From positions 192,001-256,000 of the forward strand of contig JBKBYA010000001.1 in assembly GCA_046313635.1 (NCBI GenBank): 64,000 nt of DNA, written 5' to 3'. Origin of the DNA: Pyrinomonadaceae bacterium (GTDB lineage Bacteria; Acidobacteriota; Blastocatellia; Pyrinomonadales; Pyrinomonadaceae). Positions 19,238-29,031 of the stretch are shown in pieces. A program made the translations under genes and the position numbers. Each line of letters opens with the position of its first letter. The first letter of the stretch is position 1. Under the pieces are notes generated by a model. It made no database searches. It was not told the DNA's origin and saw only the letters and a list, made by a program, of their open reading frames with translations.

Positions 19238-19702
19238 CTACATCTTCTTCAGCACGTCGAACAACTCTTCGTTGTCCGGCTGGTCAGAGATGTCGTGGAT
19301 GTCGATGTAGGCGATCTTGCCTTCTTTATCCACGATGAAAAGGGCACGTTCGGTTATGCCGTCCGCCTCGCGCCACGCTCCGTAGCTCTTGGCGACCTCG
19401 CCCTTCGGATGAAAGTCCGAGAGCAGATCGTACGTTATGCCGCCAAGCGATTTTGCCCACGCGACGTGGCAGGGAATACTGTCGACTGAAATGCCCAGGA
19501 CCTGGGCATCGTAGCCTGCGAAGCGTTCCTTATCAGCTTCGTAGGCCGGCATCTGCACCGTTCAAACGGGCGTCCAGTCGAGCGGATAGAACGCGATCAC
19601 CACGTTCTGCTTACCCCGGAAGTCGGAGAGCCGGACCTTTTTGTCCTTGTCCAAATGGCTCTTCAACTCGAAATCCGGAGCGATGTCTCCAACTTGTAAC
19701 AT
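19238..19702 (-). CDS. Selenocysteine-containing peroxiredoxin (AhpC/TSA, AhpE-like); UGA at codon 47
   Basis: MLQVGDIAPDFELKS...VVIAFYPLDWTPV-U-TVQMPAY; TGA 19562-19564 sits at the peroxidatic Cys of PxxxTxxC; continues LGISVDS, LLSDF, ERALFIVD. Confidence 0.9.
19513..19547 (-). promoter_or_regulatory. Candidate bacterial SECIS for the peroxiredoxin gene
   Basis: GGCCU-A-CGAAGC[UGAUAAGGAAC]GCUUCG-C-AGGCU; loop starts 27 nt after the UGA, G at loop position 2. Confidence 0.55.
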
Positions 19703-19837
19703 CAGAGCTGTTTCTCCTTACTTTTCAAGTTTGTTAACTAAACCGGCAAATTGCGCCTTATGTTTAGCTTAAGCCTTATCCAAGCTCGCGTACAAATTTT
19801 CGATTCGAGCGGCCTTTCACCCGGCCCCGAAGGGAAC

Positions 19838-19870
19838 GCTCCTGCCCGGCAGCAAACGCCGGGCAGGAGC
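19838..19870 (-). terminator. Strong hairpin after ahpC (terminator or mRNA stabiliser)
   Basis: gctcctgcccggc-agcaaac-gccgggcaggagc, 13-bp stem with a weak U-tail. Confidence 0.55.
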
Positions 19871-19886
19871 ATTGCGGAATGGGGAC

Positions 19887-20468
19887 CTAAACTTTCAGAT
19901 TTTCCTGGCCCGGCTTCCAGTCGGCCGCACAGAGACCGCCGGTCTGCAGGCCCTGCAGCACGCGGAGAGTCTCGTCGACCGATCGGCCGATATTGAGATC
20001 GTGAACGACCGAATACTGCAGAATGCCTTCGGGGTTGATGATAAAGAGACCGCGGAGAGCGACGTTCGACTCCTCGACGAGGATGTTGTATTTCGCGGCG
20101 AGGCGGCCGGCAATGTCCGAGGCGAGCGGGTACTTAAGACCCTCGATGCCGTTCTGCGAGCGCGGCGTCTTAAGCCATGCGCGGTGCGAGTGGACAGAGT
20201 CGGTCGAGATGCCGATCACCTCGGCCCCGATCCCCTGCAGTTCGTCGTAACGATCGGAGAAAGCGGTCAGCTCGGTCGGGCAGACAAACGTGAAATCGAG
20301 CGGGTAAAAGAGCAAAATGAGCCATTTGCCCTTGTAGTCGGAGAGCTTGACGTTCTCGGCAAGCGTCTCGAGGTTTTTGGTCGACGGCAGGTCAAAGTCC
20401 GGCGCCGGCCGGCCGACCTTGGCCAGAGCGATATCGTGATTCAAGGCTGTAGCTGTTGCTGTTGACAT
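19887..20468 (-). CDS. ahpC: 2-Cys peroxiredoxin AhpC
   Basis: FYPLDFTFVCPTE, GRSVDETLR, GGLCAADWKPG. Confidence 0.93.
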   Translation of the reverse strand: MSTATATALNHDIALAKVGRPAPDFDLPSTKNLETLAENVKLSDYKGKWLILLFYPLDFTFVCPTELTAFSDRYDELQGIGAEVIGISTDSVHSHRAWLKTPRSQNGIEGLKYPLASDIAGRLAAKYNILVEESNVALRGLFIINPEGILQYSVVHDLNIGRSVDETLRVLQGLQTGGLCAADWKPGQENLKV

Positions 20469-20557
20469 TGATGAATATCTCCTGAAATTGATGAATTCGA
20501 ATTTGAAACTCGGGACCCGACCGGCGATGCACAGCGGGCCTCGTATTGAGAACCTTT

Positions 20558-20953
20558 CTATTTGCTGCAGTCCGGGCACAGCCCGCGCAGCGTGAACTCG
20601 AGCGACTCGGGCTTGAACTTCGAACGCCGCGCCGCCATCCGGACGAGCTCCGGCGGCAGCTCCATCTCGATGTCGACGAGCTTGCCGCAGCTCGTGCAGA
20701 TCGCGTGGTCGTGGCGGTCGGTCATCCGGTCGAACCGGCTCGCACCGTTGCCGAAACTTATCTCGGCTATGTGCCCAGCGTCTTTCAAAAATCGCAGCGA
20801 GTTGTAAACGGTCGCGAACGAGATGCTCGGCAAAAGCTCTTTTGCCCGGCCGAAAACCTCGTTCGCGGTAAGATGCTCGTCCGCATCGCGGATCACCTTG
20901 AGGACGACCTCGCGCTGCTTGGTTAAACCTGAATTTTGTACTGCTTTTTCCAC
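20558..20953 (-). CDS. perR: Fur-family repressor, PerR-like
   Basis: LTKQR, HLTANEV, SISFATVYNSL, RFD..HDHAICTSCG, CPDC; next to ahpC with a Per box upstream; GTG start inferred. Confidence 0.85.
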   Translation of the reverse strand: MEKAVQNSGLTKQREVVLKVIRDADEHLTANEVFGRAKELLPSISFATVYNSLRFLKDAGHIAEISFGNGASRFDRMTDRHDHAICTSCGKLVDIEMELPPELVRMAARRSKFKPESLEFTLRGLCPDCSK

Positions 20954-20970
20954 TTTGATCCGAGTTGGAT

Positions 20971-20985
20971 TTAGAATAATTATAA
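20971..20985. promoter_or_regulatory. Per box
   Basis: TTAGAATAATTATAA, one mismatch to the Bacillus consensus TTATAATnATTATAA, about 17 bp upstream of the perR start. Confidence 0.75.
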
Positions 20986-21126
20986 CTTTATCAGCTGTCA
21001 AGCTTTGATTCGGAGGCTTATTACCTCGCGCGCTGGTTCGCCTTTTCGATTCGTCACCTGCAATACAAAAAGCTCGCTTCGTATGTCCAAGGCTCAAACT
21101 TGTAAAGTTATTATCAGGAGTGAATA

Positions 21127-21346
21127 ATGCTAGCGACCGAAATTCTCAGCACAGACCACAACACGGCGAATCGCTCTGATCGACGAACTCAAAGACCGAC
21201 ACAACAACGAACGCGGGAATCGCGACCGGTTTCGCGAACTAGACCTCGCGATCCGTTTGCACATGCGGCTCGAGGAAGAGATCTTTTACCCGGCACTTGA
21301 AGCGGATCCGAAACGTCCGCAAACTCAGTCTCGTTCTCAAACTTAG
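21127..21346 (+). pseudogene. Frameshifted, truncated hemerythrin/HHE-domain gene
   Basis: AGGAG RBS; MLATEILSTDH, then in a shifted frame ...AIRLHMRLEEEIFYPALE. Confidence 0.7.
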
Positions 21347-21350
21347 CTGA

Positions 21351-21566
21351 TTAACGAGTGGTGCCCGCTTCGCCGCCGCCGAGGTTGATGACGTTAAAGG
21401 CATAAACACCAACTCCAAGCACGGCAAGGACGGCGGCGATTACATAACTGGTGATTTGCAGGGCCGAGTCGAGCCCCGGTACAACGTACCCGAACAGGGC
21501 CGCCGCTATCGCCAACAGAAGGCACACAAAAGCGAAAAGATTCGATCCTTCAAAAAACCATCGCAT
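21351..21566 (-). CDS. Small two-TM membrane protein
   Basis: GGGAGGT RBS, two hydrophobic helices. Confidence 0.6.
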   Translation of the reverse strand: MRWFFEGSNLFAFVCLLLAIAAALFGYVVPGLDSALQITSYVIAAVLAVLGVGVYAFNVINLGGGEAGTTR

Positions 21567-21698
21567 AGACGTCACCTCCCTGGTTCGATCTATTTCGGCG
21601 GGCCCGGGAGCGGCTCCCGCGTTCGGGTTTCGCTCCCCGTGCCCCTTCTTATTCGCTCGCGTCGGGCGTTCTGCCCGGCGCGACTTACGAGTTATGGA

Positions 21699-22157
21699 TC
21701 ACTGGACAGTTTTGATCTCGATCCGACGCGGTTTGGCTTCTTCACGCTTCGGCAGATGGATCGTGAGCACGCCGTCCGCCATCGCCGCGTCGACGTGCGA
21801 CGTGTCGACTACACCCGACAGAGTGAACGAACGCGTGAACTGCCCCGCCAATCCCTCGAATCGCAGGTACTGGCGACCGTCGTCGTCCGGGACCTGGCGA
21901 TTACCGCTGATCGTCAGCACGTTGTTTTCGAAGCTGATGTCGATGTCATCGCGCTTCCAGCCCGGAAGCTCGGCCTCGACGACGTATTCATCCTTCGTCT
22001 CGTAGATGTTTACGGCCGGGCCGACGCTGGTGCCGAGCAAACTGTCCGCGACCGAGAACGGGCTGGTGAACAGCGGGCTGCCAAGCCAACGATCCAGATG
22101 CTTGAACATTGGTAGTGTGTTGAGTGTCGGATTGTTTCGCAACATCAGATCAGTCAT
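21699..22157 (-). CDS. Hsp20/alpha-crystallin small heat shock protein
   Basis: PAVNIYET, AELPG, LTISG, FTRSFTL, DGVLTIHLPK, terminal IEI motif. Confidence 0.93.
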   Translation of the reverse strand: MTDLMLRNNPTLNTLPMFKHLDRWLGSPLFTSPFSVADSLLGTSVGPAVNIYETKDEYVVEAELPGWKRDDIDISFENNVLTISGNRQVPDDDGRQYLRFEGLAGQFTRSFTLSGVVDTSHVDAAMADGVLTIHLPKREEAKPRRIEIKTVQ

Positions 22158-22241
22158 AAACTCATCACCTCCTATAAATGATCGAGTTTGGCCGAAATAA
22201 TGTTTTTGGTGATCCGGAAAGGGCCTCTCCGGGCCTTTCCG
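22158..22241 (-). promoter_or_regulatory. Candidate RNA thermometer in the hsp20 5' UTR
   Basis: SD-sequestering stem AAACUC-G-AUCAUUU[AUAGG]AGGUGAU-GAGUUU directly before the AUG, plus a stable upstream hairpin at 22215-22241. Confidence 0.55.
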
Positions 22242-22383
22242 ACCTCTTCGATGCGGCCCAAAATATGAGCGTTGCCTTGTCAGATTTTATGATATGATTT
22301 TGGCAGATTATTGACATCGGCTCGCCGGTGCTCGTATTTTATGTAACAGTCTCAGCACGACTTTCAGAGAGGTACTGAATGCG

Positions 22384-24264
22384 ATGAAAGGCAAAGGGCG
22401 TTTCCGCGACATAATCGGCGTCGTAATTCATCTGCTGGTCCTGGTGTCCCTTTTTTGGCTTCTTTTTCCGCTGACCGGCTCCCCATCGACCCGCGTCGTC
22501 TCTTATTCCGAATTTCTAAATCAGGTACGCGAGGGTCGCGTCGAGCGGGCCCAAATTGGAACGGACGAGGTCCGCGGAGTGATCCGCCGCGAGAGCGAAA
22601 ACGCGGCGCCCGAAGTCATCAGAGCGATCCGCCCTCCGCAGACCGATGATCCGGAACTGATCAAGCTTCTGCGCGAGAAGAACGTCGAGATCACCGGCCA
22701 GCCCGAGTCGAGCGGCTGGCTCTCGCAACTGTTTATCTCGGCGTTCCCGATACTGCTCCTGATCGGCTTTTGGGTGTGGATGTTCCACCGCGTGGCACGG
22801 GGCGGCGAGGCGCTGCAGTTCGGCCGGAACAAGGCCAAAATCTACGACCAGAATGACAAGAACAAAGTTACTTTCCAGGACGTCGCGGGCGTCGAGGAGG
22901 CGGAGGCCGAGCTGGTAGAGGTTGTCGACTTTCTCAAAAATCCGGACAGATACACCAGACTCGGCGGCCGCCCGCCGAAGGGCGTGCTTCTCGTCGGCCC
23001 GCCCGGCACGGGTAAGACTCTGCTCGCCAAGGCGGTAGCCGGCGAGGCGAACGTGCCGTTCTTCTCGATCTCGGGGTCGGAGTTCGTCGAGCTTTTCGTC
23101 GGCGTCGGTGCCGCCCGTACCCGCGATTTGTTTGAGCAGGCCAAGAAGCACGCACCGTGCATCGTGTTCATCGACGAGCTCGACGCGATCGGAAAATCGC
23201 GTGCCGGTGCGGTCGCGGGCTCGCTCGGCGGCCACGACGAGCGTGAGCAGACGCTCAACCAGTTGCTCGTCGAGATGGACGGCTTCGACTCGTCGCTCGG
23301 CGTGATCATCATGGCCGCGACCAACCGGCCCGAGGTCCTGGATCCGGCCCTGTTGCGTCCCGGCCGCTTCGACCGGCAGATCGTCGTCGACCGACCCGAC
23401 GTGCGTGGGCGTGGAGAGATTCTCAAGGTGCACGCGAGGAAGATCAAACTCGCTCCGGGAGTCGATCTCGCCGTCATCGCTCAGCGCACGCCTGGCATGG
23501 TCGGGGCCGATCTGGCGAACATAGTGAATGAGGCCGCGCTTCTCGCGGCCCGGCGGGGAGCCGACGCGGTGGAGATGCAGGACCTCGAGGAGGCGATCGA
23601 CCGCGTCACTCTCGGTTTGGAAAAGCGGAGCCGCGTGATGACGCCCGAAGAAAAAGAGCGCGTCGCGTTTCACGAGGTCGGCCACGCCCTTACCGCTCTG
23701 TCGGTCAAACACGCCGACCCGGTGCACAGGATCACGATCATCCCGCGCTCGATCGGTGCTTTGGGAGCGACGTTGCAGCTGCCGACAAACGAAAAGTATT
23801 TGCTGACCAAGCCCGAGCTCGAAGACCGTCTGGCCGTGATGCTCGGCGGACGTGCGGCCGAAGAGATCGTTTACGACGGCGTGATCTCCACGGGCGCGCA
23901 CAACGATCTCGAACGCGCAACCGAGACGGCGCGCCAGATGGTGATGCGCTACGGGATGAGCGGGCGGCTCGGGAATCAGACGTTCGGCCGCCCGGTCACG
24001 GGCAGGTTCCTCGATTCGACGATGTCGTTCGGCGAGGAGCGAAATTTCAGCGAGCACACGGCCGAGATCATCGACCAGGAGGTCAAGGATCTGATCGACA
24101 GTACTTACGATCGCGTAAAACGGATTCTGACCGAGCGCCGCCGCACGCTCGACCGGATCGCCAACGAGCTTCAGCGCCGCGAGACGATCGGACGTGAGGA
24201 ACTGGAGAAAATCGTCGCCGAAACCGGCGAGCAAAAAAGTGTCATGGCGAGCGCCCGAACGTGA
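22384..24264 (+). CDS. ftsH: ATP-dependent zinc metalloprotease FtsH
   Basis: Two TM helices, [40 protein letters not shown]. Confidence 0.96.
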   Translation: MKGKGRFRDIIGVVIHLLVLVSLFWLLFPLTGSPSTRVVSYSEFLNQVREGRVERAQIGTDEVRGVIRRESENAAPEVIRAIRPPQTDDPELIKLLREKNVEITGQPESSGWLSQLFISAFPILLLIGFWVWMFHRVARGGEALQFGRNKAKIYDQNDKNKVTFQDVAGVEEAEAELVEVVDFLKNPDRYTRLGGRPPKGVLLVGPPGTGKTLLAKAVAGEANVPFFSISGSEFVELFVGVGAARTRDLFEQAKKHAPCIVFIDELDAIGKSRAGAVAGSLGGHDEREQTLNQLLVEMDGFDSSLGVIIMAATNRPEVLDPALLRPGRFDRQIVVDRPDVRGRGEILKVHARKIKLAPGVDLAVIAQRTPGMVGADLANIVNEAALLAARRGADAVEMQDLEEAIDRVTLGLEKRSRVMTPEEKERVAFHEVGHALTALSVKHADPVHRITIIPRSIGALGATLQLPTNEKYLLTKPELEDRLAVMLGGRAAEEIVYDGVISTGAHNDLERATETARQMVMRYGMSGRLGNQTFGRPVTGRFLDSTMSFGEERNFSEHTAEIIDQEVKDLIDSTYDRVKRILTERRRTLDRIANELQRRETIGREELEKIVAETGEQKSVMASART

Positions 24265-24744
24265 TCCGACGCGGGCACATCGGGGCGCAGCGAACAAGTC
24301 AGTACCACCGCCGGCGGTAGCGGCGGGGCGTTTTGGTCGCCGAGTGCGACTTGATCGGTGACTTTGACGTGCATTAGAGGAGTAGGTGGTGAGCGATGAA
24401 GTTGCCGGAACGAATCGCCAATCGATACGCACGGGCACTTTGCCGATGTTACGACAAAGCGCGGCGAGACCCAGCAGGTAAGCAGAACTGGAGCCGTTTG
24501 CTCGGTTTTCCTCTCCGGGCACGGCGGCTTACAGGGCGCTGACCGCGCCGACGGTCGGTCCCGCGGGCGCAATTGGGAATGCAGAATTGTAAGAAGATGT
24601 TGCGTCGCATTCTGACTTCTGACTTCCGCGTCCGCTGTCACACCAAGCTTCACTGTCTACGCTTCGACGGTTTACGCGATGCGTTTGGGCGTGCTGTATA
24701 ATCTCCGCACGAATCAAAGATCAGAAAAAAGGAACTTTCCGGAA

Positions 24745-27700
24745 ATGTCGAATACCCGTCTGCTTCGCAGACTCCTCTCGTCGCTCGCGATATCGCTCGT
24801 ATTGTGCGGCGCCTTTAACGCTCAAACGCCGACCCCGACGCCGAGATTTGCGCCGTCTCCTCAGGCCTCACCGACGCCTCAAGTCTCGCCGACGCCGCAG
24901 GCGAAAAAAGAAGACCCGCTCAGGAATCTTCAATACCGTCTGATCGGCCCGTTTCGCGGCGGCCGCGTCACCGCGGTCGCGGGCGTCGCGTCGCAGCCGC
25001 GCGTCTACTACTTCGGCGCGACGGGCGGCGGCGTTTGGAAGACGACCGACGGCGGCGTCAACTGGCAGCCCGTGTCGGACGAGTACTTCAAGACCGGCTC
25101 GGTCGGCGCGATCGGTGTCGCCGACTCGGACCCGAACGTCATTTACGTCGGCATGGGCGAGTCGCCCGTTCGCGGCAACGTCTCGCACGGCGACGGCGTT
25201 TACAAGTCGATCGACGCCGGCAAGACCTGGAAGCACGTCGGCCTCGGCGACACGCGGCAGATCGCGCGCGTCCGCGTCCATCCAAAAGATCCGAACATCG
25301 TCTACGTCGCCGCACTCGGTCACCTTTGGGGGCCGAACGCGGAACGCGGCGTCTTTCGCACAAGGGACGGCGGCAAGACCTGGGAAAAGGTTCTCTTCAG
25401 AAACAACGATACCGGCGCGATCGATCTGATCCTCGACCCGAGCAACGCAAACACGATCTACGCCGCATTCTGGCAGGTCCGCCGCACGCCTTGGACGCTG
25501 ATCAGCGGCGGCGAGGGCAGCACGATCTACAAGTCAACCGACGGCGGCGACACCTGGACCGAACTCAAATCGAATCGCGGTCTGCCGAGCGGGATCTGGG
25601 GCAAGGTCGGCGTTACGGTCTCGCCCGTCAATCCAAATCGCGTCTGGGCGATGATCGAGGCAAAGGACGGCGGACTGTATCGCTCGGACGACGGCGGCGA
25701 CACATGGCAGCGCACGTCTGACAGCGCGGCGATCCGCCAGCGGCCGTGGTACTACACGCGCGTCTACGCCGACACGCAGCAGGCCGACACCGTTTACGTG
25801 CTCAACGTCGGCTTTCACAAGTCGGTCGACGGCGGGCGAAACTTTACGACGATCGGCACGCCGCACGGCGACAATCACGACCTCTGGATCGCACCGAACG
25901 ACAACCAGCGAATGATCGAGGGCAACGACGGCGGAGCGAACGTCTCGGAGGACGGCGGGCTCAACTGGACCGAGCAGGACCAGGCGACCGCGCAGTTTTA
26001 CCGCGTCGCGGTGGACAACGATTTTCCGTACAACATCTACGGAGCGCAGCAGGACAACTCGACCGTGCGCATCGCGAGCCGCTCGAACGACTTTGCGATC
26101 ACCGAGCGCGACTGGTGGGACGTCGGCGGCGGCGAATCGGGCTGGATCGCGCCGCACCCCGAGAATTCGAATATCGTCTTTGCAGGCAGCTACGGCGGTT
26201 ATCTCACGCGCTACGATCACCGCACGGGTCAGCTTCGCACGGTCAACGTCTATCCTGATAATCCGATGGGCGCCGGAGCCGAGGCGATGAAGTACCGCTT
26301 CCAGTGGAACTACCCGATCCTCTTTTCGCCGCACAAGACCAATGGCGTTTACCCGCTCTATGCCGCGGGCAACATCCTCTTTCGCTCGATGGACGAGGGC
26401 CATAGCTGGGAAGCGATCTCGCCCGACCTGACGCGCAACGACCGCTCGAAGCAGGGCGATTCAGGCGGACCGATCACGCGCGACAACACGAGCGTCGAGT
26501 ATTACGACACGATATTCACCGTCGCCGAATCGCCGCTCGAGCAGGGCGTCATCTGGGCCGGCTCGGACGACGGCCTCGTGCACGTCACGCGCGACAACGG
26601 CAAGACGTGGCAGAACGTCACGCCGAAGGGAATGCCCGAGTGGATACAGATCAACTCGATCGAGGCGTCGCCGAATGATCCCGCGACGGCGTACTTCGCC
26701 GCGACCGCCTACAAGCTTGACGACTACCGGCCGTACATCTACAAGACGAACGATTACGGCAAGACGTGGAAACGAATTGTCGACGGCATCGCGGCCGATG
26801 CGTTTACGCGCGTCGTTCGAGAGGACCCGAATCGCCGCGGCTTTCTCTACGCCGGCACCGAGACCGGAATTTACTACTCGACGAACGATGGCGAGTCGTG
26901 GCAGTCGCTGCGTTTGAATCTGCCGGTCGTTCCGATCACCGATCTCGCCGTTCACAAACGAGAAAAGGACCTCGTCGTCGCGACGCAGGGACGCTCGTTC
27001 TACGTGCTCGACAACCTGCCCGTGCTGTACCAACTTGCCGATGCGATGAAGGCAGACGCTTTCCTTTTCAAGCCCGAAGATGCGTATCGCGCCGCTGGCG
27101 GTGGAGGCTTCACGCCGCCGCCGACGGCGACCGTCGGCGCCAATCCGCCAAACGGCGCCGTGATCAACTACTGGCTCAAGTCGAAGCCGGCCAAGGACGT
27201 CGTGCTCGAGTTTCTCGACGCCTCGGGCAAGCCGCTGCGTAAATTCACCGGCCGCGTCCCGCAGGAAGGCGCGCCGGCGCAGACGCAGGGCCCGAGCGGC
27301 GCGGGCGAGCCGACGGTGGCGACCGACGCCGGACTCAATCGCTTTGTCTGGAACTACCGCGTCGCAAACGCGACGACCGTTCCGGGAATGATCTTCTGGG
27401 GCGGCTCGACCGCCGGGCCGCGCGTCGTGCCGGGAAATTATCAGGTGCGTCTGACCGTCGACGGCAAGGTCGTCGGGACCGAGAGCTTCACGATCAAGGC
27501 CGACCCGCGGATCTCTACGACGCCGCAGCAGTTTGCCGAGCAATTCGACTTTTTGATGAGATCGCGCGACAAGCTCTCGCAGACGCACGACGCGATCCTC
27601 GAGATACGCGACATTCGCAAGCAGCTCGAGGACCTCTCGTCGCGGCTCAAGCCCGAGCAAAAGGACGTGCGCGAAAAAGCGGCCGAGATCGTCAAGGCAG

Positions 27701-27978
27701 TGACGGCGGTCGAAGAAGAGCTCGTCCAGACCAAGATCCGCAGCTCGCAGGACGCGCTCAATTATCCGATCAAGCTCAACAACAAGCTCGCGGCGCTCAA
27801 TTCGTCGGTCGACGGCGCGGACTATCCTCCGACAAAGCAGTCGTACGACGTCTATAACGATCTCTCGGCAAAGATCGACGCACAGCTCGCGAGGCTCGCG
27901 CAGATCAAATCGACGGACATCGCGGCATTCAACAAGATGTTTGCCGAAAAAGGCCTGCCTGTGATCGCGACGCGCTGA
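24745..27978 (+). CDS. Secreted BNR/Asp-box (VPS10/sortilin-like) repeat glycosyl hydrolase-like protein
   Basis: IGPFRGGRV, many S/T-x-D-G-G-x-T-W repeats, C-terminal coiled coil; TATAAT upstream. Confidence 0.88.
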   Translation: MSNTRLLRRLLSSLAISLVLCGAFNAQTPTPTPRFAPSPQASPTPQVSPTPQAKKEDPLRNLQYRLIGPFRGGRVTAVAGVASQPRVYYFGATGGGVWKTTDGGVNWQPVSDEYFKTGSVGAIGVADSDPNVIYVGMGESPVRGNVSHGDGVYKSIDAGKTWKHVGLGDTRQIARVRVHPKDPNIVYVAALGHLWGPNAERGVFRTRDGGKTWEKVLFRNNDTGAIDLILDPSNANTIYAAFWQVRRTPWTLISGGEGSTIYKSTDGGDTWTELKSNRGLPSGIWGKVGVTVSPVNPNRVWAMIEAKDGGLYRSDDGGDTWQRTSDSAAIRQRPWYYTRVYADTQQADTVYVLNVGFHKSVDGGRNFTTIGTPHGDNHDLWIAPNDNQRMIEGNDGGANVSEDGGLNWTEQDQATAQFYRVAVDNDFPYNIYGAQQDNSTVRIASRSNDFAITERDWWDVGGGESGWIAPHPENSNIVFAGSYGGYLTRYDHRTGQLRTVNVYPDNPMGAGAEAMKYRFQWNYPILFSPHKTNGVYPLYAAGNILFRSMDEGHSWEAISPDLTRNDRSKQGDSGGPITRDNTSVEYYDTIFTVAESPLEQGVIWAGSDDGLVHVTRDNGKTWQNVTPKGMPEWIQINSIEASPNDPATAYFAATAYKLDDYRPYIYKTNDYGKTWKRIVDGIAADAFTRVVREDPNRRGFLYAGTETGIYYSTNDGESWQSLRLNLPVVPITDLAVHKREKDLVVATQGRSFYVLDNLPVLYQLADAMKADAFLFKPEDAYRAAGGGGFTPPPTATVGANPPNGAVINYWLKSKPAKDVVLEFLDASGKPLRKFTGRVPQEGAPAQTQGPSGAGEPTVATDAGLNRFVWNYRVANATTVPGMIFWGGSTAGPRVVPGNYQVRLTVDGKVVGTESFTIKADPRISTTPQQFAEQFDFLMRSRDKLSQTHDAILEIRDIRKQLEDLSSRLKPEQKDVREKAAEIVKAVTAVEEELVQTKIRSSQDALNYPIKLNNKLAALNSSVDGADYPPTKQSYDVYNDLSAKIDAQLARLAQIKSTDIAAFNKMFAEKGLPVIATR

Positions 27979-27990
27979 CTCTGGAGCGCG

Positions 27991-28130
27991 GACAACGGAA
28001 CGCGGACGCCCTCGTCCGCATGAGCGTTCGTTTTCGGACGCGAAGAAAAAACGCCGGAGAATGGACTCGCTCATTCTCCGGCGTTTTACTTCGTGCTTCG
28101 CACTCATGCGGACGAGGGCGTCCGCGTTCC
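27991..28130. repeat. MITE/REP-like palindromic element, copy 2
   Basis: ggaacgcggacgccctcgtccgcatgag ... ctcatgcggacgagggcgtccgcgttcc. Confidence 0.85.
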
Positions 28131-28131
28131 T

Positions 28132-28962
28132 TTATTGTTTGCGGGCGGTCCAGACGATCGCCTGCATTTTTGTGTTGATGGGATCGTCGCCAAAGCGTGA
28201 GCGGATCTTTTCGGCGACGGCTGCGGTCACCGCTTCGACGTCGGGATGACGCTCCATTATCTGACCGACCATCGGCGTGCCCTGGATCAGGCCTCGGGCG
28301 GCGTCCTCCGCCGACGCGGCGACGCACGGCAGCTCGACGAACGTGTAGCCGATATCGACGAAACCGGCACCTTCGAGAAGCGCCTGGATGGTCGGCGGGT
28401 CGTTAAATCCGAAGGGAGTCTCGTAAAACCTCGGCGGGTCGTCCGGAAACAACTCGCGAACGGCGTCGTCGACCGCCTGCGAGATCTCGTTACGCTCGAG
28501 CCGGTCCCAAACGTTGAAAAGGAACGTGCCGCCCGGCGCCAGCACGCGATGGATCTCGCCGAACGCCGCGGACTTGTCCGGAAAGAACATCACGCCGAAC
28601 TGGCAGACCACGACGTCAAAACTGGCATCTTCGAACGGCAGATCCGCCGCGTCGGCCTGACGAAACTCGACGTGCTCGCCCTCGGCAAACTTCCCTCTCG
28701 CCTGCTCGATCATCCCGTCGTTGAGGTCGGTCGCGACCAGACGGGCCTCGGCGGGCATCGCGTCGCGGATCGCGCGTGTGGAGATGCCCGTGCCGCACGC
28801 TATCTCGAGCACATTCTGCGCCAGAGGCGGCAGCCGCTCGGCGATATCGTTCGCGTATGGAACGAAGAACATCGGTCCCATATAGCGATCGTAGTTTTCG
28901 GGTACCGAGCCGGTGAATGCGGCGGTGCCGCTCGAGGTTTTTGCGCTGCTGTCTCCTGCCAT
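28132..28962 (-). CDS. Class I SAM-dependent methyltransferase
   Basis: VLEIACGTG, ADAADLPFEDASFD, CQFGVMFFPD. Confidence 0.9.
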   Translation of the reverse strand: MAGDSSAKTSSGTAAFTGSVPENYDRYMGPMFFVPYANDIAERLPPLAQNVLEIACGTGISTRAIRDAMPAEARLVATDLNDGMIEQARGKFAEGEHVEFRQADAADLPFEDASFDVVVCQFGVMFFPDKSAAFGEIHRVLAPGGTFLFNVWDRLERNEISQAVDDAVRELFPDDPPRFYETPFGFNDPPTIQALLEGAGFVDIGYTFVELPCVAASAEDAARGLIQGTPMVGQIMERHPDVEAVTAAVAEKIRSRFGDDPINTKMQAIVWTARKQ

Positions 28963-29031
28963 ACGAGTGCCTCCCGGATCTGCAATTTTTTTGTGTCGGT
29001 ATTGTAAACCAGTCCGGCGGCGAAGGCTGTT

